Assembly: GCA_965215265.1 (NCBI GenBank)
Contig: OZ244048.1
Location: forward strand, 2,752,001-2,816,000
DNA: 64,000 bases
Reading direction: 5' to 3'
Origin: Candidatus Poribacteria bacterium
GTDB lineage: Bacteria > Poribacteria > WGA-4E > WGA-3G
The notes under the pieces: generated by a model
Told to the model about the DNA's origin: nothing
Seen by the model: the letters and a program-made list of their open reading frames with translations, nothing else
The model's database searches: none
Translations under genes and position numbers: made by a program
Part shown: in pieces, positions 1 to 10,520 of the stretch
Numbering within the stretch: the stretch's first letter is position 1
Layout of the letters: every line of letters starts with the position of its first letter

Positions 1-43
1 TTCCCCAATCAAAAGGTATATACTATGACTAAGGAAGAAAATC

Positions 44-958
44 ATGGCAAAAAAATTGTCAATTGGAAGTTGGGCTTACACTTTCGGCCCTTATGAAGAT
101 AACCCTGTCCCGTTTGACACCGTTGTCAAACGGCTCAGCGAACTTGAATTTGATGGCGTGGAAATCGGGGCGTTTAAACCGCATATAGATATTAACGACT
201 ACCCGATGAAAAGCGACCGTGATGCGGTTAAGGGCTTGATTGCTTACTACGGACTGGAAGTCTCAGGACTCGCTGCCGACTTCTGGTCTCACCCTGGGCC
301 GGCTACCGATGAGGCACAAGAGGACGATCGATACTACAAACTTTTTAAGCAGAACCTACAACTCGCTTTGGATCTTGGCTCACCGGCTATCCGCGTTGAC
401 ACTGTCACAGACGCTGAGGCGGAGGTTCCCGGGGTCGACCGCAAAACTGCTTGGAATCGCATCGTCTCGCTCTGGAAGCGCTGTGCAGAGGTAGCCCAAG
501 ACCACGGCATCCTAATGTTGTGGGAATTTGAACCGGGGTTCATGTTCAATAAACCGAGCGATATTATCGCTATGCCACAAGAAGTCGATCATCCTAATTT
601 TAAAGTGATGTTCGACACATGCCATGCGCAAATGTGTGCGGTTGTCGGGGCACGGCAGGTCGGGGCGCAGGAGACACTAGGCGATAACGGAGTCATCGAC
701 CTGGCACGGCAGCTCACAGGACAGATTGGACACTTCCACCTCATCGATTCGGATAATACGCTACACCACGACGAAACCAGTACACACGCACCTTTTGGAC
801 AAGGTGTACTTAACTTTGACGAAATTATACCGGTGATTATGGAAGAGACAGGCTACGACGGCGAGTGGTTCTCAATAGACCTCTGCTTCTGGCCAGAGGC
901 CTGGGATGTGACCGAAAACGCGAAGAAGTTTCTCACGCCCTATCTGGAAAGGTATTAG
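44..958 (+). CDS. Sugar phosphate isomerase/epimerase family TIM-barrel protein
   Basis: 304-aa ORF with FDGVEI, WEFEP, FDTCH, HFHLID and HAPFGQG motifs typical of the xylose-isomerase-like/AP endonuclease 2 fold. Confidence 0.85.
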   Translation: MAKKLSIGSWAYTFGPYEDNPVPFDTVVKRLSELEFDGVEIGAFKPHIDINDYPMKSDRDAVKGLIAYYGLEVSGLAADFWSHPGPATDEAQEDDRYYKLFKQNLQLALDLGSPAIRVDTVTDAEAEVPGVDRKTAWNRIVSLWKRCAEVAQDHGILMLWEFEPGFMFNKPSDIIAMPQEVDHPNFKVMFDTCHAQMCAVVGARQVGAQETLGDNGVIDLARQLTGQIGHFHLIDSDNTLHHDETSTHAPFGQGVLNFDEIIPVIMEETGYDGEWFSIDLCFWPEAWDVTENAKKFLTPYLERY

Positions 959-993
959 ACCCGATACCTGAGCTGCTACTGTAAGTTGGAAAC

Positions 994-1830
994 ATGCTAA
1001 ATTTGCGTTCAATAGACGGCTTGGTTGAGCTGGCTTTAGCGGAAGACATCGGCATCGGGGATATAACCACTGAGGCGACGGTCCCGATTGAGCAGCAAGG
1101 TACCGGCGTTATTACCGCTAAGAGCGGTGGCATCATTGCTGGGCTCCCCGTTGCTGCACGCGTCTTTGAGAAATTAGATCCAGACCTCAGTTTCCGGGCA
1201 CTAGTTAACGATGGGGCTTCCGTTACAACCGGAACCCGAATCGTGGAGGTGCAAGGCAGTGCTAGAACGATTCTCAGCGGCGAGCGAACCGCGCTTAACT
1301 TCCTCCAGCGGCTCTCTGGTGTCGCTACCCTAACCGCCGCATTTGTTAACGCCGTTGCAGACTATGATGTCAAAATTGTGGATACCCGTAAGACAGCCCC
1401 GGGATGGCGTGCAGTTCAGAAATACGCAGTCCATGTTGGAGGCGGGCATAACCATCGATTCGGGCTTTACGACGGTGTGCTCATCAAGGATAATCATATT
1501 GTTGCCGCCGGTGGGCTCGCTCAGGCTGTGCAACGTGCAAAGGCACGTACACCACACACCGCGAAAATTGAAGTCGAAGTCGAAACGCTTGAACAAGCCG
1601 AAGAAGCTTTGGAGGCCGAAGCGGATATCTTACTCCTTGATAATATGTCAATTACGCTTATGAAGGCAGTTGTTCAACTGGTAGGCAACCGTACTGTCAC
1701 GGAAGCTTCCGGTGGAATTACACTAGAGCAGGTCAGGGCTGTTGCTGAAACCGGGGTCAAGTTTATTTCTGTCGGTGCACTCACGCATTCCGCGATGCCC
1801 CTGGACATCAGTTTGACACTTTTTTTGTAA
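994..1830 (+). CDS. nadC: Nicotinate-nucleotide diphosphorylase (quinolinate phosphoribosyltransferase)
   Basis: Motifs EDIGxGDIT, ERTALNFLQRLSG, DTRKT, HRFGLYD, IKDNH, LLDNM, EASGGI, SVGALTHS. Confidence 0.97.
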   Translation: MLNLRSIDGLVELALAEDIGIGDITTEATVPIEQQGTGVITAKSGGIIAGLPVAARVFEKLDPDLSFRALVNDGASVTTGTRIVEVQGSARTILSGERTALNFLQRLSGVATLTAAFVNAVADYDVKIVDTRKTAPGWRAVQKYAVHVGGGHNHRFGLYDGVLIKDNHIVAAGGLAQAVQRAKARTPHTAKIEVEVETLEQAEEALEAEADILLLDNMSITLMKAVVQLVGNRTVTEASGGITLEQVRAVAETGVKFISVGALTHSAMPLDISLTLFL

Positions 1831-1890
1831 GGATGCCCTTCAAACGTCTTGGGCTTCAGTCTAAACTAAACAGAAAGGAAGTTAGTTGCT

Positions 1891-2796
1891 ATGCAGAACA
1901 TTCAACCTACCACAACCAAAATCGGTTGGATCGGGACGGGTGTGATGGGGCGCTGGATGTGCCAACACCTCTTGGACTTGGGATACGAGATGTCCGTTTA
2001 CAACCGCACCAAAGCGAAAGCTGAGCCGCTCCTTGAGGCAGGTGCTGTCTGGGCTGAATCCCCAGCTGCTGTGGCTCAGAATGCAAGCGTCATCTTCACG
2101 ATTGTGGGCTTACCGCCAGATGTGCGCGAGGTCTATCTGGGCGATAAGGGCATTTTAGAGGGCGCTAAACCTGGCACCATCATCGTTGACATGACGACAA
2201 CGGAGCCGTCTCTCGCACAAGAGATTTACGCAGCGGCAAAACCACACGGCATCTCTGCTGTAGATGCGCCGGTCTCCGGGGGCGATGTCGGCGCACGCGA
2301 GGCACGTCTCTCCATCATGGTCGGCGGCGATACCGAGGCTGTCCAAGCCGTTATGCCCCTCTTCTCAGCCATGGGAAAAAACATTGTGCACCAGGGAGGT
2401 GCCGGTGCTGGACAACATACCAAAATGTGCAACCAGATTACTATCTCCGGAACGATGATCGGCGTTTGTGAAGGTTTGCTCTATGGATACAAAGCCGGTT
2501 TGGATCTGGAAACGATGTTATCCTCAATTAGTGGCGGGGCAGCTGCATGCTGGTCCTTGGATAATTTAGCACCACGCGTCCTCCAACGAGACTTCGACCC
2601 AGGCTTCTTTGTGGAGCATTTCATCAAAGATATGAGCATCGCCCTCGACGAAGCACGAAAGATGGATCTCAGCCTGCCTGGGCTCGCTTTGGTGCATCAA
2701 CTCTACACCGCTGTACAAGCACAGGGACACGGCAGACTGGGCACCCAAGCACTTGTCTTGGCATTGGAGCAGATGTCCGGAACGGAAGTGAACTAA
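1891..2796 (+). CDS. NAD(P)-dependent beta-hydroxyacid dehydrogenase (3-hydroxyisobutyrate/tartronate semialdehyde reductase family)
   Basis: GWIGTGVMG Rossmann motif, [11 protein letters not shown], catalytic K in HTKMCNQ, FIKDM. Confidence 0.92.
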   Translation: MQNIQPTTTKIGWIGTGVMGRWMCQHLLDLGYEMSVYNRTKAKAEPLLEAGAVWAESPAAVAQNASVIFTIVGLPPDVREVYLGDKGILEGAKPGTIIVDMTTTEPSLAQEIYAAAKPHGISAVDAPVSGGDVGAREARLSIMVGGDTEAVQAVMPLFSAMGKNIVHQGGAGAGQHTKMCNQITISGTMIGVCEGLLYGYKAGLDLETMLSSISGGAAACWSLDNLAPRVLQRDFDPGFFVEHFIKDMSIALDEARKMDLSLPGLALVHQLYTAVQAQGHGRLGTQALVLALEQMSGTEVN

Positions 2797-2814
2797 CAGC
2801 CGTTTTTTCTCAAT

Positions 2815-2868
2815 GAATGAAGTCCCAGGGCTGTTTTTGTCATCACCACAGCACTCTGGGACTTCATT
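2815..2868. terminator. Inverted repeat between convergent genes (probable terminator or REP-like hairpin)
   Basis: AATGAAGTCCCAG ... CTGGGACTTCATT, 13-bp perfect arms just after the dehydrogenase stop. Confidence 0.55.
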
Positions 2869-3010
2869 GTATTGCAAAATATCGCAAAGTATCGCAAATC
2901 TATTTCCGGACGAGCATTTTACGCGATGTCAACGTATAGAAATAGATAGCATTCGCCACGGGTTTTTACGCCTAAAAATTTGCACTTGGTTGCGTGCATT
3001 GCCCAAACTA

Positions 3011-3613
3011 TCAAACTTCCGGCAAACTTTGGTGCATCAGGTAGCCAATTGCACCGAAGACCTTTTTCAAATCGCTAATTGCAAGAACCGTCACGTTCCG
3101 TGTAAACAAATCCTCAACTAATTTCCCGAATTGCCAGAGTTCTCCATCCGTTACAATGCCATAGCTCGGTTTGAGTGTATCGTTGTTGATTTTTTGCACG
3201 GCAACTAACTCAGCCAGGCACTGTCCCCATCCCTTGACGAAATCGTTGCGTTTCGCCCCTACGACGATAATAATTGGTGCCCCTGGCACCGTTTTTCCCA
3301 ACGCCGATTTTGTAGAGATGAGGTAGTCCGGCGTGCCACTGAGTTCCGAATCGTAAGAAATTGATTGATGGCTCCACAATGCAAACCATTCTACATAATT
3401 TTTGTATACGTCCCTAAGAATCGGATAAATCACATTTTCGCAACGTGCTGCTTCAGATGAAAACACGTCGATGTGCTGCTGACTGAATTCAAACTCCTCC
3501 AAAAATGCCGGTGAGGGTTCGACATCCTCGTATTCAATATAGTCGGATTCCGTATATCTAATTTTGAAGGCTTGCTGAACTTGTGCGATTGAATTGAAAT
3601 CAGTAAATGCCAT
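3011..3613 (-). CDS. PD-(D/E)XK fold protein, HsdR-N-like family; catalytic Glu apparently replaced by Gly
   Basis: GTPDY...IVV(G)AKRNDF..GWGQCLAEL...YGIVTDGELWQFG pattern; probable start ATG 3613 (MAFTDF). Confidence 0.65.
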   Translation of the reverse strand: MAFTDFNSIAQVQQAFKIRYTESDYIEYEDVEPSPAFLEEFEFSQQHIDVFSSEAARCENVIYPILRDVYKNYVEWFALWSHQSISYDSELSGTPDYLISTKSALGKTVPGAPIIIVVGAKRNDFVKGWGQCLAELVAVQKINNDTLKPSYGIVTDGELWQFGKLVEDLFTRNVTVLAISDLKKVFGAIGYLMHQSLPEV

Positions 3614-3721
3614 CTGATTCGCCTTATCCGCTTTCAACTTGAAATCACGCAATTTCTGTTGTAACCGGTTATGAAGCCGTCATATAACTCGCAAACCGTT
3701 ACACACCCTGGACGTGTCCCT

Positions 3722-3750
3722 ATAGGGACAGGTTTATAACCTGCCCCTAT
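3722..3750. repeat. REP-like hairpin overlapping the stop of the LRR gene
   Basis: ATAGGGACAGGTT-TAT-AACCTGCCCCTAT imperfect palindrome. Confidence 0.5.
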
Positions 3751-6700
3751 TTGACTATCAACATTTTACGCGTCGAGGTGAAATCACCCGCCGTCAAGGT
3801 ATAGAAATAGGTACCGCTCGCTGCAGCTTCACCTACCTGGTTTTTACCGTCCCAATACGCAGCGCGGCTCCGCGTCTGATAGTGTCCTGCAGCCTGATGC
3901 CCCAATGCTAACGTTCGAACCAACGCACCACTTGACGCATAAATACGAATCTGCACATCGGCACCCGTTGCCAGGTGATACGGTATCCACGTCTCCGGAT
4001 TGAACGGATTCGGATAATTCGCCAGCAGGGCGGTTCTCTCCGGCAGCATCGCCCCTAAAAGTTGTTCGAGATTCGCAATCGCACGTTCAAAACCAACAGA
4101 ACCGTCATCCGCATCTCGTAAAAACCGCAGTACCTGTATCACCTGTTCCGCAGTGAGATGCGTGGGTACGGCAGCGCTTGATGCCGCGGCCGGCACCGCC
4201 CTTTCCCCAATTTGAACACGCCGTGCCGTCACACCCAGATGCAGCAGGATTTTAGGCGGACTTGTCGGGATCCACGCCCCGTTACGGCTACCGAACTCGA
4301 GGTTACTCACCACCAATTCGGTCTCACCCAGGGCTCTGACAACGAATCTGATGGACATCAGCTTCCCACTCCCCGTCACACCCCCAGGGTCGAGCCGCGT
4401 CACACTTAGCCCGCTAATTTTACCGACACCGTTGTCAATCGTGCCGCTCTCAAAAGACGTCTTCGCGGTGTACGTCTTCGCGGTGTCTGCTTTCAGGAAA
4501 GGGCCCTCGTTCACTCGCGTCGCCCTTAGCACCGCCGGATCGAAGCCAATATCGAACTGCCACCCCGCTAAACGCTTCACCTCCTCAACCCTGAGATGCA
4601 GCGTGAAGGAATCGCCAACCGAAAGCCCTGAAGTGTTCGCAGAAGCGGAGAGCCGTGCACCAGGTGGTAACACCGTATACTCCGCGTCAGGAGCAAACCC
4701 GAAAAAGCCGCTAAAGCCGCCATGGCCGCGGTTGTCAACCGCCACCAACAACACGTTTTTCCCTTGTTTCAACGTCACGGGGAAAAAGTCTTGATAATCG
4801 CCAGCCCCGCGATGAACGAGTGCCTGGTGAACCAACTTTCCGTTCAGCCATACCTTGACGGCATCATCGCTACCGACGAACATCGTTGTCTCCTGACGCC
4901 GCGGCGACTCCAACGACACCGAACCGTAGACGATATGCTCATAGATCTCTTCCCTAGTGCCCCAGCCCAGCGCAGCCGTCATCTCGTTGATATTATCCCA
5001 ACCCGTGGCAGAGAGTGTGTGCACACGCCACTTGCCCTCGCCAACCGGATTGCCCTCCGTCGCACCGTTCGTCGCAACTTTCCGCTCCGTCACAGTGCCA
5101 TCGCTCGCTAGGGATAGAAAATCGGTGCTGCTGTTCAGGCGCGTTCCCGGCACCAGCACCCATAACCACGGACCCGTGATTTTCGGACCGCCGGACGGGA
5201 AACCCGGATTACCGTTCATCGTAACCTCCGTGTTCTCGCGTAAACTGTCTAACGGTGAAAAGTCCGATATGTTATTGTCTCGAAGATTCAGCTCCGTCAA
5301 GCGGCTTAACCCGGCTAGCGCGGATATGTCCGATATGTTGTTGTCGTAAATATACAGCTCCGTCAAGTGGCGTAATCCGGCCAGCGCGGATACGTCTGAT
5401 ATCCTATTGTGCGCGAGGTGTAGATACGTTAGATTCGGTAATCGGGTGAGGGGCGTTAGGTCCGATATTTCATTTCCGTAAGCGTGCAATTGTCGCAGAC
5501 TAATTAATCCGGCGAGGGGCGACAAGTCAGATAACCGGTTGCCGGAGATCTTTAATCCGCCCAACTTGACTAACCCCGAGAGCGGAGATAAGTCGGATAT
5601 GAGGTTTTCATGAAGATCGATCCAATCTAAGCTGCGTAGGTTTGCCAGCGCCGAAATATCCGAGATAAAGTTCTTCCTAATAGTTAGGTTTCTGAGTCTG
5701 ATTAAGCCACTGAGCGGCGAGATATCCGAGATGCGATTATCCGACAGATGGAGCTCTTCCAGATTGATAGCCGCCTCCAATCCTGTCAATTCGCGGATCC
5801 CCTTTCTCTCGGGATCCAGCCGCGTTAAGGTCGCCATCTCTTCTGCGGTAATCGGCGCGGTTTGCGCAGTGCCCGCTGCTTTACCCAGCGCCGATGCAAT
5901 TGCTGCCCGCAAACGTGCATCGGGGATGTGAACAGTGCCCGTCGGTATCGGGCGGGTCGATGTCACAACCACAGTAGGATTTGGGTGCGGGGAATTCAGC
6001 GCTCTCACTATCTCCTGAAAACGCGACGCCCACACATCACGCTTCACATTCCCCGTCTCATCCACTAGCGATAGCAAACCCAAACTTTGTAAACTCGGAT
6101 TCACATGAATCTGTTCCCGGAACTCCCTAGTTTCTAAGCCTACCGATGCCGCAGCATACGCCGCATCAACTGGACCTTGATACACCTCAAAGAAACGGTG
6201 CACAGGCTCAATCCCACCAAATATACCACCCGTCTTCTTCAGCGCCTCACGGTAGCGATCCGTATCGGCTGCCACCAGCTCATTCATATCGCCCTGCTCA
6301 ACATACAGACGCAACGCCTGTTCTTTGTCAAACGGTGGGTTCACCGTCCGGTCTACTACAGAACGCACACTATCTTCAAACGTCTTCATCCCTTCCGTAT
6401 GACACCCTATGCACGACAAACCGTTGTGCACTGCGGGATCGCTCGCCGCAGGATTAGAAACTATCGTTGTCGGCGCTACATCTATCCGATTCCCCTGCGC
6501 ATCCGAGATATAGTATGCCTGCAAGCCGTTCGGCAAGTTGAAGATAACTTCCCCACCATCAGCCCTGAAAGACAAGGGGTGCGTGAAGATATTCTGCGCC
6601 CCCACACTCCCAGCAAAGTCGTAGCTTTTCCAATATGCGCCATACCGAGACGTGTGTCGTTCAACCACGCGGTTGTGATTTGACACCCCGGAATCATTAA

Positions 6701-7631
6701 ACCCGGCACGCCACACACGCACGCCCGGTGCCGCCTGAAGATTCCTTGCCACATCTACCTCAAGCCTTCGCTCCAACTCCCGGTCGGTTTGGGGCAGATC
6801 CAGGATATCGTGATAGAGCGGCGGCAAGGCAGCCGTCGCGAGGAACCAATCGACATACACATACGGCACCTCACAAGCCATTTCTTCACGGAGGTGCATT
6901 AGTTTGTCACGCAGCGGCGCTTGCGTTTGAACATCGAACTCAATCGCATACGGATAGACATCCTCTATCGATGTCCATGCGTCGTTCGTATCCCATTCAT
7001 AGTTCCGCAGATCTATGTAGAATATCGTCCCTGCCGGGCCCATGGCCAGCGGCTCCTCAATATCAAACCCCCACGAGAGGCTGTTTATCAGTTTAGAGAG
7101 GGCTATCTGGTAGGCGCTCAGCGCCTCAGGCAGCTCGCCGGCGTTATAGAGATGGGTCAGCGTAAAGTAACGCGCGAAGGGGCGGTTGAAGGGGGAAAGC
7201 GTCTCCAGATGTTCTTGGATGGCGTTCAGCATTTCAGCCGTGCTAATGAAGTCAACATCGTGTTGAATCTCCCAGCTCGGCGCACCAGCTTTAATCCAGT
7301 TTCTTATGGTGACAATCAATGGAGTAGGAAGCGGCGGTTGGTTCAGCGGCATCCGGTGCCCGTCCTCCTTATTCGGAAGCAAGCGTTGATAGAATTCCGA
7401 ACCGATAGCATTGCCCGGCACCACCACGCCTGAATCAATCAAGCCTTGCGCGGATTCAATCACGAGCTCCTCCGTAAAGGGGCCATCCGGGCCGTGGCAG
7501 TTCAGGCAGTTTTGTTGAAAGATAGCATACGCCTGTCGCGCGAGGTTCTCTTGTGCATCAGCGGTGCCAACCCCTAGCGCGATAACTGTTAAAACTACAA
7601 GAAGGTAGAAGTCTCTCATCTGTTTCATCAT
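3747..7631 (-). CDS. Secreted multidomain protein: c-type cytochrome region (two CxxCH), LRRs, beta-sandwich module, cohesin, FlgD-Ig/secretion-signal-like C-terminus
   Basis: Signal peptide after MMKQMR; CLNCH and CIGCH; internalin-like LRRs (LxxLxLxxNxISDLSPL); cohesin-like VGDSFTL..LAGWQFDIGFDP..G.G.L..F; LLANYPNPFNPETWIPY tail. Start placed at the ATGATG ending 7631 rather than 7718. Confidence 0.85.
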   Translation of the reverse strand: MMKQMRDFYLLVVLTVIALGVGTADAQENLARQAYAIFQQNCLNCHGPDGPFTEELVIESAQGLIDSGVVVPGNAIGSEFYQRLLPNKEDGHRMPLNQPPLPTPLIVTIRNWIKAGAPSWEIQHDVDFISTAEMLNAIQEHLETLSPFNRPFARYFTLTHLYNAGELPEALSAYQIALSKLINSLSWGFDIEEPLAMGPAGTIFYIDLRNYEWDTNDAWTSIEDVYPYAIEFDVQTQAPLRDKLMHLREEMACEVPYVYVDWFLATAALPPLYHDILDLPQTDRELERRLEVDVARNLQAAPGVRVWRAGFNDSGVSNHNRVVERHTSRYGAYWKSYDFAGSVGAQNIFTHPLSFRADGGEVIFNLPNGLQAYYISDAQGNRIDVAPTTIVSNPAASDPAVHNGLSCIGCHTEGMKTFEDSVRSVVDRTVNPPFDKEQALRLYVEQGDMNELVAADTDRYREALKKTGGIFGGIEPVHRFFEVYQGPVDAAYAAASVGLETREFREQIHVNPSLQSLGLLSLVDETGNVKRDVWASRFQEIVRALNSPHPNPTVVVTSTRPIPTGTVHIPDARLRAAIASALGKAAGTAQTAPITAEEMATLTRLDPERKGIRELTGLEAAINLEELHLSDNRISDISPLSGLIRLRNLTIRKNFISDISALANLRSLDWIDLHENLISDLSPLSGLVKLGGLKISGNRLSDLSPLAGLISLRQLHAYGNEISDLTPLTRLPNLTYLHLAHNRISDVSALAGLRHLTELYIYDNNISDISALAGLSRLTELNLRDNNISDFSPLDSLRENTEVTMNGNPGFPSGGPKITGPWLWVLVPGTRLNSSTDFLSLASDGTVTERKVATNGATEGNPVGEGKWRVHTLSATGWDNINEMTAALGWGTREEIYEHIVYGSVSLESPRRQETTMFVGSDDAVKVWLNGKLVHQALVHRGAGDYQDFFPVTLKQGKNVLLVAVDNRGHGGFSGFFGFAPDAEYTVLPPGARLSASANTSGLSVGDSFTLHLRVEEVKRLAGWQFDIGFDPAVLRATRVNEGPFLKADTAKTYTAKTSFESGTIDNGVGKISGLSVTRLDPGGVTGSGKLMSIRFVVRALGETELVVSNLEFGSRNGAWIPTSPPKILLHLGVTARRVQIGERAVPAAASSAAVPTHLTAEQVIQVLRFLRDADDGSVGFERAIANLEQLLGAMLPERTALLANYPNPFNPETWIPYHLATGADVQIRIYASSGALVRTLALGHQAAGHYQTRSRAAYWDGKNQVGEAAASGTYFYTLTAGDFTSTRKMLIVK

Positions 7632-7634
7632 TTT

Positions 7635-7805
7635 TTCGTATCTCTCCGTACCTAAAAGGTTTATGTTTTGTGAAGTCCTGTGTAAATGTCGTCTGAGGTT
7701 ATCTATGCTATGAATCATCTTTTCGTATCTCTCCTTTTTTCGTTTTTTTCTCTACAGGAGCCCAACAGTGATTGATGTTATGATAACCCTTCCATAAATC
7801 TCGTC
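7635..7805 (-). repeat. Two copies of the bipartite GACGAGATTT...ACGAA element upstream of LRR gene 1
   Basis: Boxes at 7681-7693 and 7635-7647 (33-nt spacer) and at 7793-7805 and 7722-7734 (58-nt spacer). Confidence 0.7.
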
Positions 7806-7869
7806 CGAGGCTTTCTATGTTATGAATAAAGAACATCAAAAGGCTCCCAGTGGGTTGGTAAGTTCGGTT

Positions 7870-7900
7870 GACTCCCGCCCGGTTCCGGGCGGGATGTCAA
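7870..7900. terminator. Strong GC-rich hairpin between the two LRR genes
   Basis: TTGAC-TCCCGCCCGG-TT-CCGGGCGGGA-T-GTCAA. Confidence 0.55.
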
Positions 7901-7948
7901 TCTACGATATTCTGCCACATCAGGGGGTAACGTGCTGATATATACAAA

Positions 7949-10342
7949 TTACTTTCTGATGAGCATTTTGCCGGTACCCGTGAAATCGGCTGTAGATAAC
8001 GTGTAAAAATAGACACCACTTGCTACAGCTTCACCGAGTTGATTGCGGCCGTCCCAATAGGCGGCACGGCTTTTCTGCTGATAGTGTCCTGCAGCCCGAT
8101 GTCCTAAATCCAAGGTGCGCACTAACTTGCCACTTGACGCATAGATACGAATCTGCACACGGGTTGCTTGTGCAAGTTGATACGGTATCCAGGTTTCAGG
8201 GTTAAACGGATTCGGATAGTTCGCCAGAAGCCGTGTCTTTTCGGGCAGTATTTCTGCTAAGAGTTGCCGCAGGTTCGCTATGCCTTGCTCAAAGAGAAGC
8301 GAGCCGTCATGCACGGCTTGTGCCTCCGCTATCCAAGACCTTATCAACGCTGCCGAAACTGTGTCCTCTCTTCTCACACCCATCGGCGCGGCTGCGCCCG
8401 GTAGCGTCTCTCTATGTTGTGCAACTAGCTGCAGGTCCAAGATGTTAATCGTCCCATCGCCGTTTACGTCCGCCCTCGAATTACGACTGTTCTTAGGTTG
8501 TCCCAGGGCTTGTGCCACCACGATCATATCCAGAACGCTGACCTTGGCATCTTTGTTCACATCCCATGCAGGCACGCTTACGAAAATTCGCCTATCTGTT
8601 GCGTTCACCGTATAGTCCGTGCCGGCTTCAAACCCAAAAAAGCCGCTAAAATGGCCATGGCCGCGGTTGTCAACCGCCACCAACAACACATTTGTCCCCA
8701 ATTTCAACGTTACGGGGAAAAAGTCTTGATAATCGTCAGCCCCACGCCCAACGAGTGCCCGGTGAACCAACTCTCCGTTGAGCCACACTTTGACAGCATC
8801 ATCACTACCCACCAGCATCGTTGTCTCCTGCCGCCGTGGTGACTGCAACGAGAGAGAACCGTAGACGACATGATCGTATATCTCCCAGCCGCTGCCCCAG
8901 CCGAGTGCATCCGTCATCTCGTTGATATTGTTATCACTTGTGGCGGAGAGCGTGTGTGCACGCCATTTGCCCCCTCCGACTGCCTTCCCCTCTGTTGCGC
9001 CGAATGTCGCCACCTTCCGTTCCGTCACAGCGCCGCGACTCACTTCGGCGAGCAGGTCTTTGTCCCCAAGCCAGTCCCCCGGCACCAGCAACCACAACCA
9101 TGGACCCGTGATTTTCGGGCCTCCCGGTGGGGAACCGTCGTAGTTGTGCACAGCGTCCCCTGCCGAGAACCCAGGATTCTCTTCTTTTCGGATACGGGTC
9201 GTTTCGGGTAACGCCTCCAAGGATGAGAAGTCGGATATGTCGTTGTGGTGAAGGTCTAAGTATGTCAAATTGCGTAACCCTGCCAGGGGCGATACGTCCG
9301 AGATGCCGTTATTAACCAAATATAGCTCCGTTAAACCGGTTAAACCTGCCAAGGATGAGAGGTCCGGTAGCGAACCGCCGCAAATATTAAGATATCTTAG
9401 TTGTGTTAATCCTGAAAAGGGCGAGAGGTCCGATATCGGGTTGCCCCAAGAGCCAAAACCCTGCAGCTTGCTTAATGACGCAAGCGGGGACAGGTCGGAT
9501 ACCGCGTTCTCGGTGATCGACAAATGTGCCAATTCACTGAGGTTCGCAAGCGGGGATAAGTCGGATATCAAATTATGGGAAATCTCTAACTCGACCAAGT
9601 TCGGTAAGCCCGCCAGAGGGGAGAGGTCGTCTATCAAGTTATGTCTGAAGTCTAAACGTCTCAATCCGGTTAATCCTGCGAGCGGGGATAAGTCGGATAT
9701 CAAACTATGCCGGATCTCTAACCATCTCAAGTTTGTTAAGCCCCTCAGGGGCGACAGGTCTTGTACGGTGGTGTCGTTCACTCTCAATCCTACCAGGTTG
9801 GTTAACCTGCTCAAGGATGCCAAACTGGAGACAGGATTGCCCGAAATCCCTAACTCATCCAATCGTGGTATCCGTGCCAACGGGGAGAAGTTGGTTATCC
9901 GGTTCTCCTCAAGCCCCATCCAATGGACTCGCATTAAGTCTGCGAGCGGGGTAACACTAGAGATAGCGTTACCTCTCAGCTTTAGGTTGTGTAGTCTAAT
10001 CAGACCTGCGAGCGGGGTTAAGTCGGTTATCTCATTGTTGCGAAGCTCAATCCGTTCGAGATTTATCGCCGTCTCAAGCCCTCTCAGATCGCGAATGCCC
10101 TGATTATCTGCACGGAACTCTCTCAACGTCTCCATCTCCGTGTGCGTAATCGCTGCGCCCGGTGCTTTTTCTAGGTGGTTCGCAATCGCAGCGCGCAGGT
10201 TCGGGTCCGGTATATTCACCGCTTGTGTGCTGGCGGCTATCGGCAGCAAAAGAAATATCGCGGAAAACAGGAGCGTGCAAACAGACGCGTAATAGGTGCT
10301 TGCAAGCCGGGACCGTAAATGTTGTCTTCTTAAATGTTGCAT
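7949..10342 (-). CDS. Secreted LRR protein with beta-sandwich module, dockerin and FlgD-Ig/secretion-signal-like C-terminus
   Basis: Hydrophobic signal; IPDPNLRAAI cap; about 14 internalin-like LRRs; duplicated dockerin DVNKDAKVSVLD / DVNGDGTINILD; LLANYPNPFNPETWIPY tail. Confidence 0.87.
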   Translation of the reverse strand: MQHLRRQHLRSRLASTYYASVCTLLFSAIFLLLPIAASTQAVNIPDPNLRAAIANHLEKAPGAAITHTEMETLREFRADNQGIRDLRGLETAINLERIELRNNEITDLTPLAGLIRLHNLKLRGNAISSVTPLADLMRVHWMGLEENRITNFSPLARIPRLDELGISGNPVSSLASLSRLTNLVGLRVNDTTVQDLSPLRGLTNLRWLEIRHSLISDLSPLAGLTGLRRLDFRHNLIDDLSPLAGLPNLVELEISHNLISDLSPLANLSELAHLSITENAVSDLSPLASLSKLQGFGSWGNPISDLSPFSGLTQLRYLNICGGSLPDLSSLAGLTGLTELYLVNNGISDVSPLAGLRNLTYLDLHHNDISDFSSLEALPETTRIRKEENPGFSAGDAVHNYDGSPPGGPKITGPWLWLLVPGDWLGDKDLLAEVSRGAVTERKVATFGATEGKAVGGGKWRAHTLSATSDNNINEMTDALGWGSGWEIYDHVVYGSLSLQSPRRQETTMLVGSDDAVKVWLNGELVHRALVGRGADDYQDFFPVTLKLGTNVLLVAVDNRGHGHFSGFFGFEAGTDYTVNATDRRIFVSVPAWDVNKDAKVSVLDMIVVAQALGQPKNSRNSRADVNGDGTINILDLQLVAQHRETLPGAAAPMGVRREDTVSAALIRSWIAEAQAVHDGSLLFEQGIANLRQLLAEILPEKTRLLANYPNPFNPETWIPYQLAQATRVQIRIYASSGKLVRTLDLGHRAAGHYQQKSRAAYWDGRNQLGEAVASGVYFYTLSTADFTGTGKMLIRK

Positions 10343-10520
10343 TTCGTATATTTCACCCCTACAACGCTCTATGCGTTGTCAATTGTGTACATCTCGTCTT
10401 TTTGTATATTTCAGTACCGTCAACGCGTATGTAATGAGTACTCATGTGTAAATCTCGTCTATTCGTATATCTCAGTACTATCACCGCGTATGTAATGATA
10501 ACTCGTGTGTAAATCTCGTC
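10343..10520 (-). repeat. Three tandem units (period about 58-61 bp) of the bipartite element upstream of LRR gene 2
   Basis: Units 10343-10398 (30-nt spacer), 10401-10459 (33) and 10462-10520 (33); the proximal unit abuts the ATG. Confidence 0.8.

Noticed and set aside
9270-10103. 277-aa plus-strand ORF, and similar antisense ORFs over LRR, dnaN, ftsY and trpE
   Set aside because: Shadow ORFs opposite well-supported genes; their periodicity mirrors the LRR codons.
10343-10520. CRISPR array (conserved blocks separated by ~33-nt spacers)
   Set aside because: Only three units, two spacers are near-copies of each other, the repeats are degenerate and no cas genes are in the window; reported as a bipartite repeat instead.
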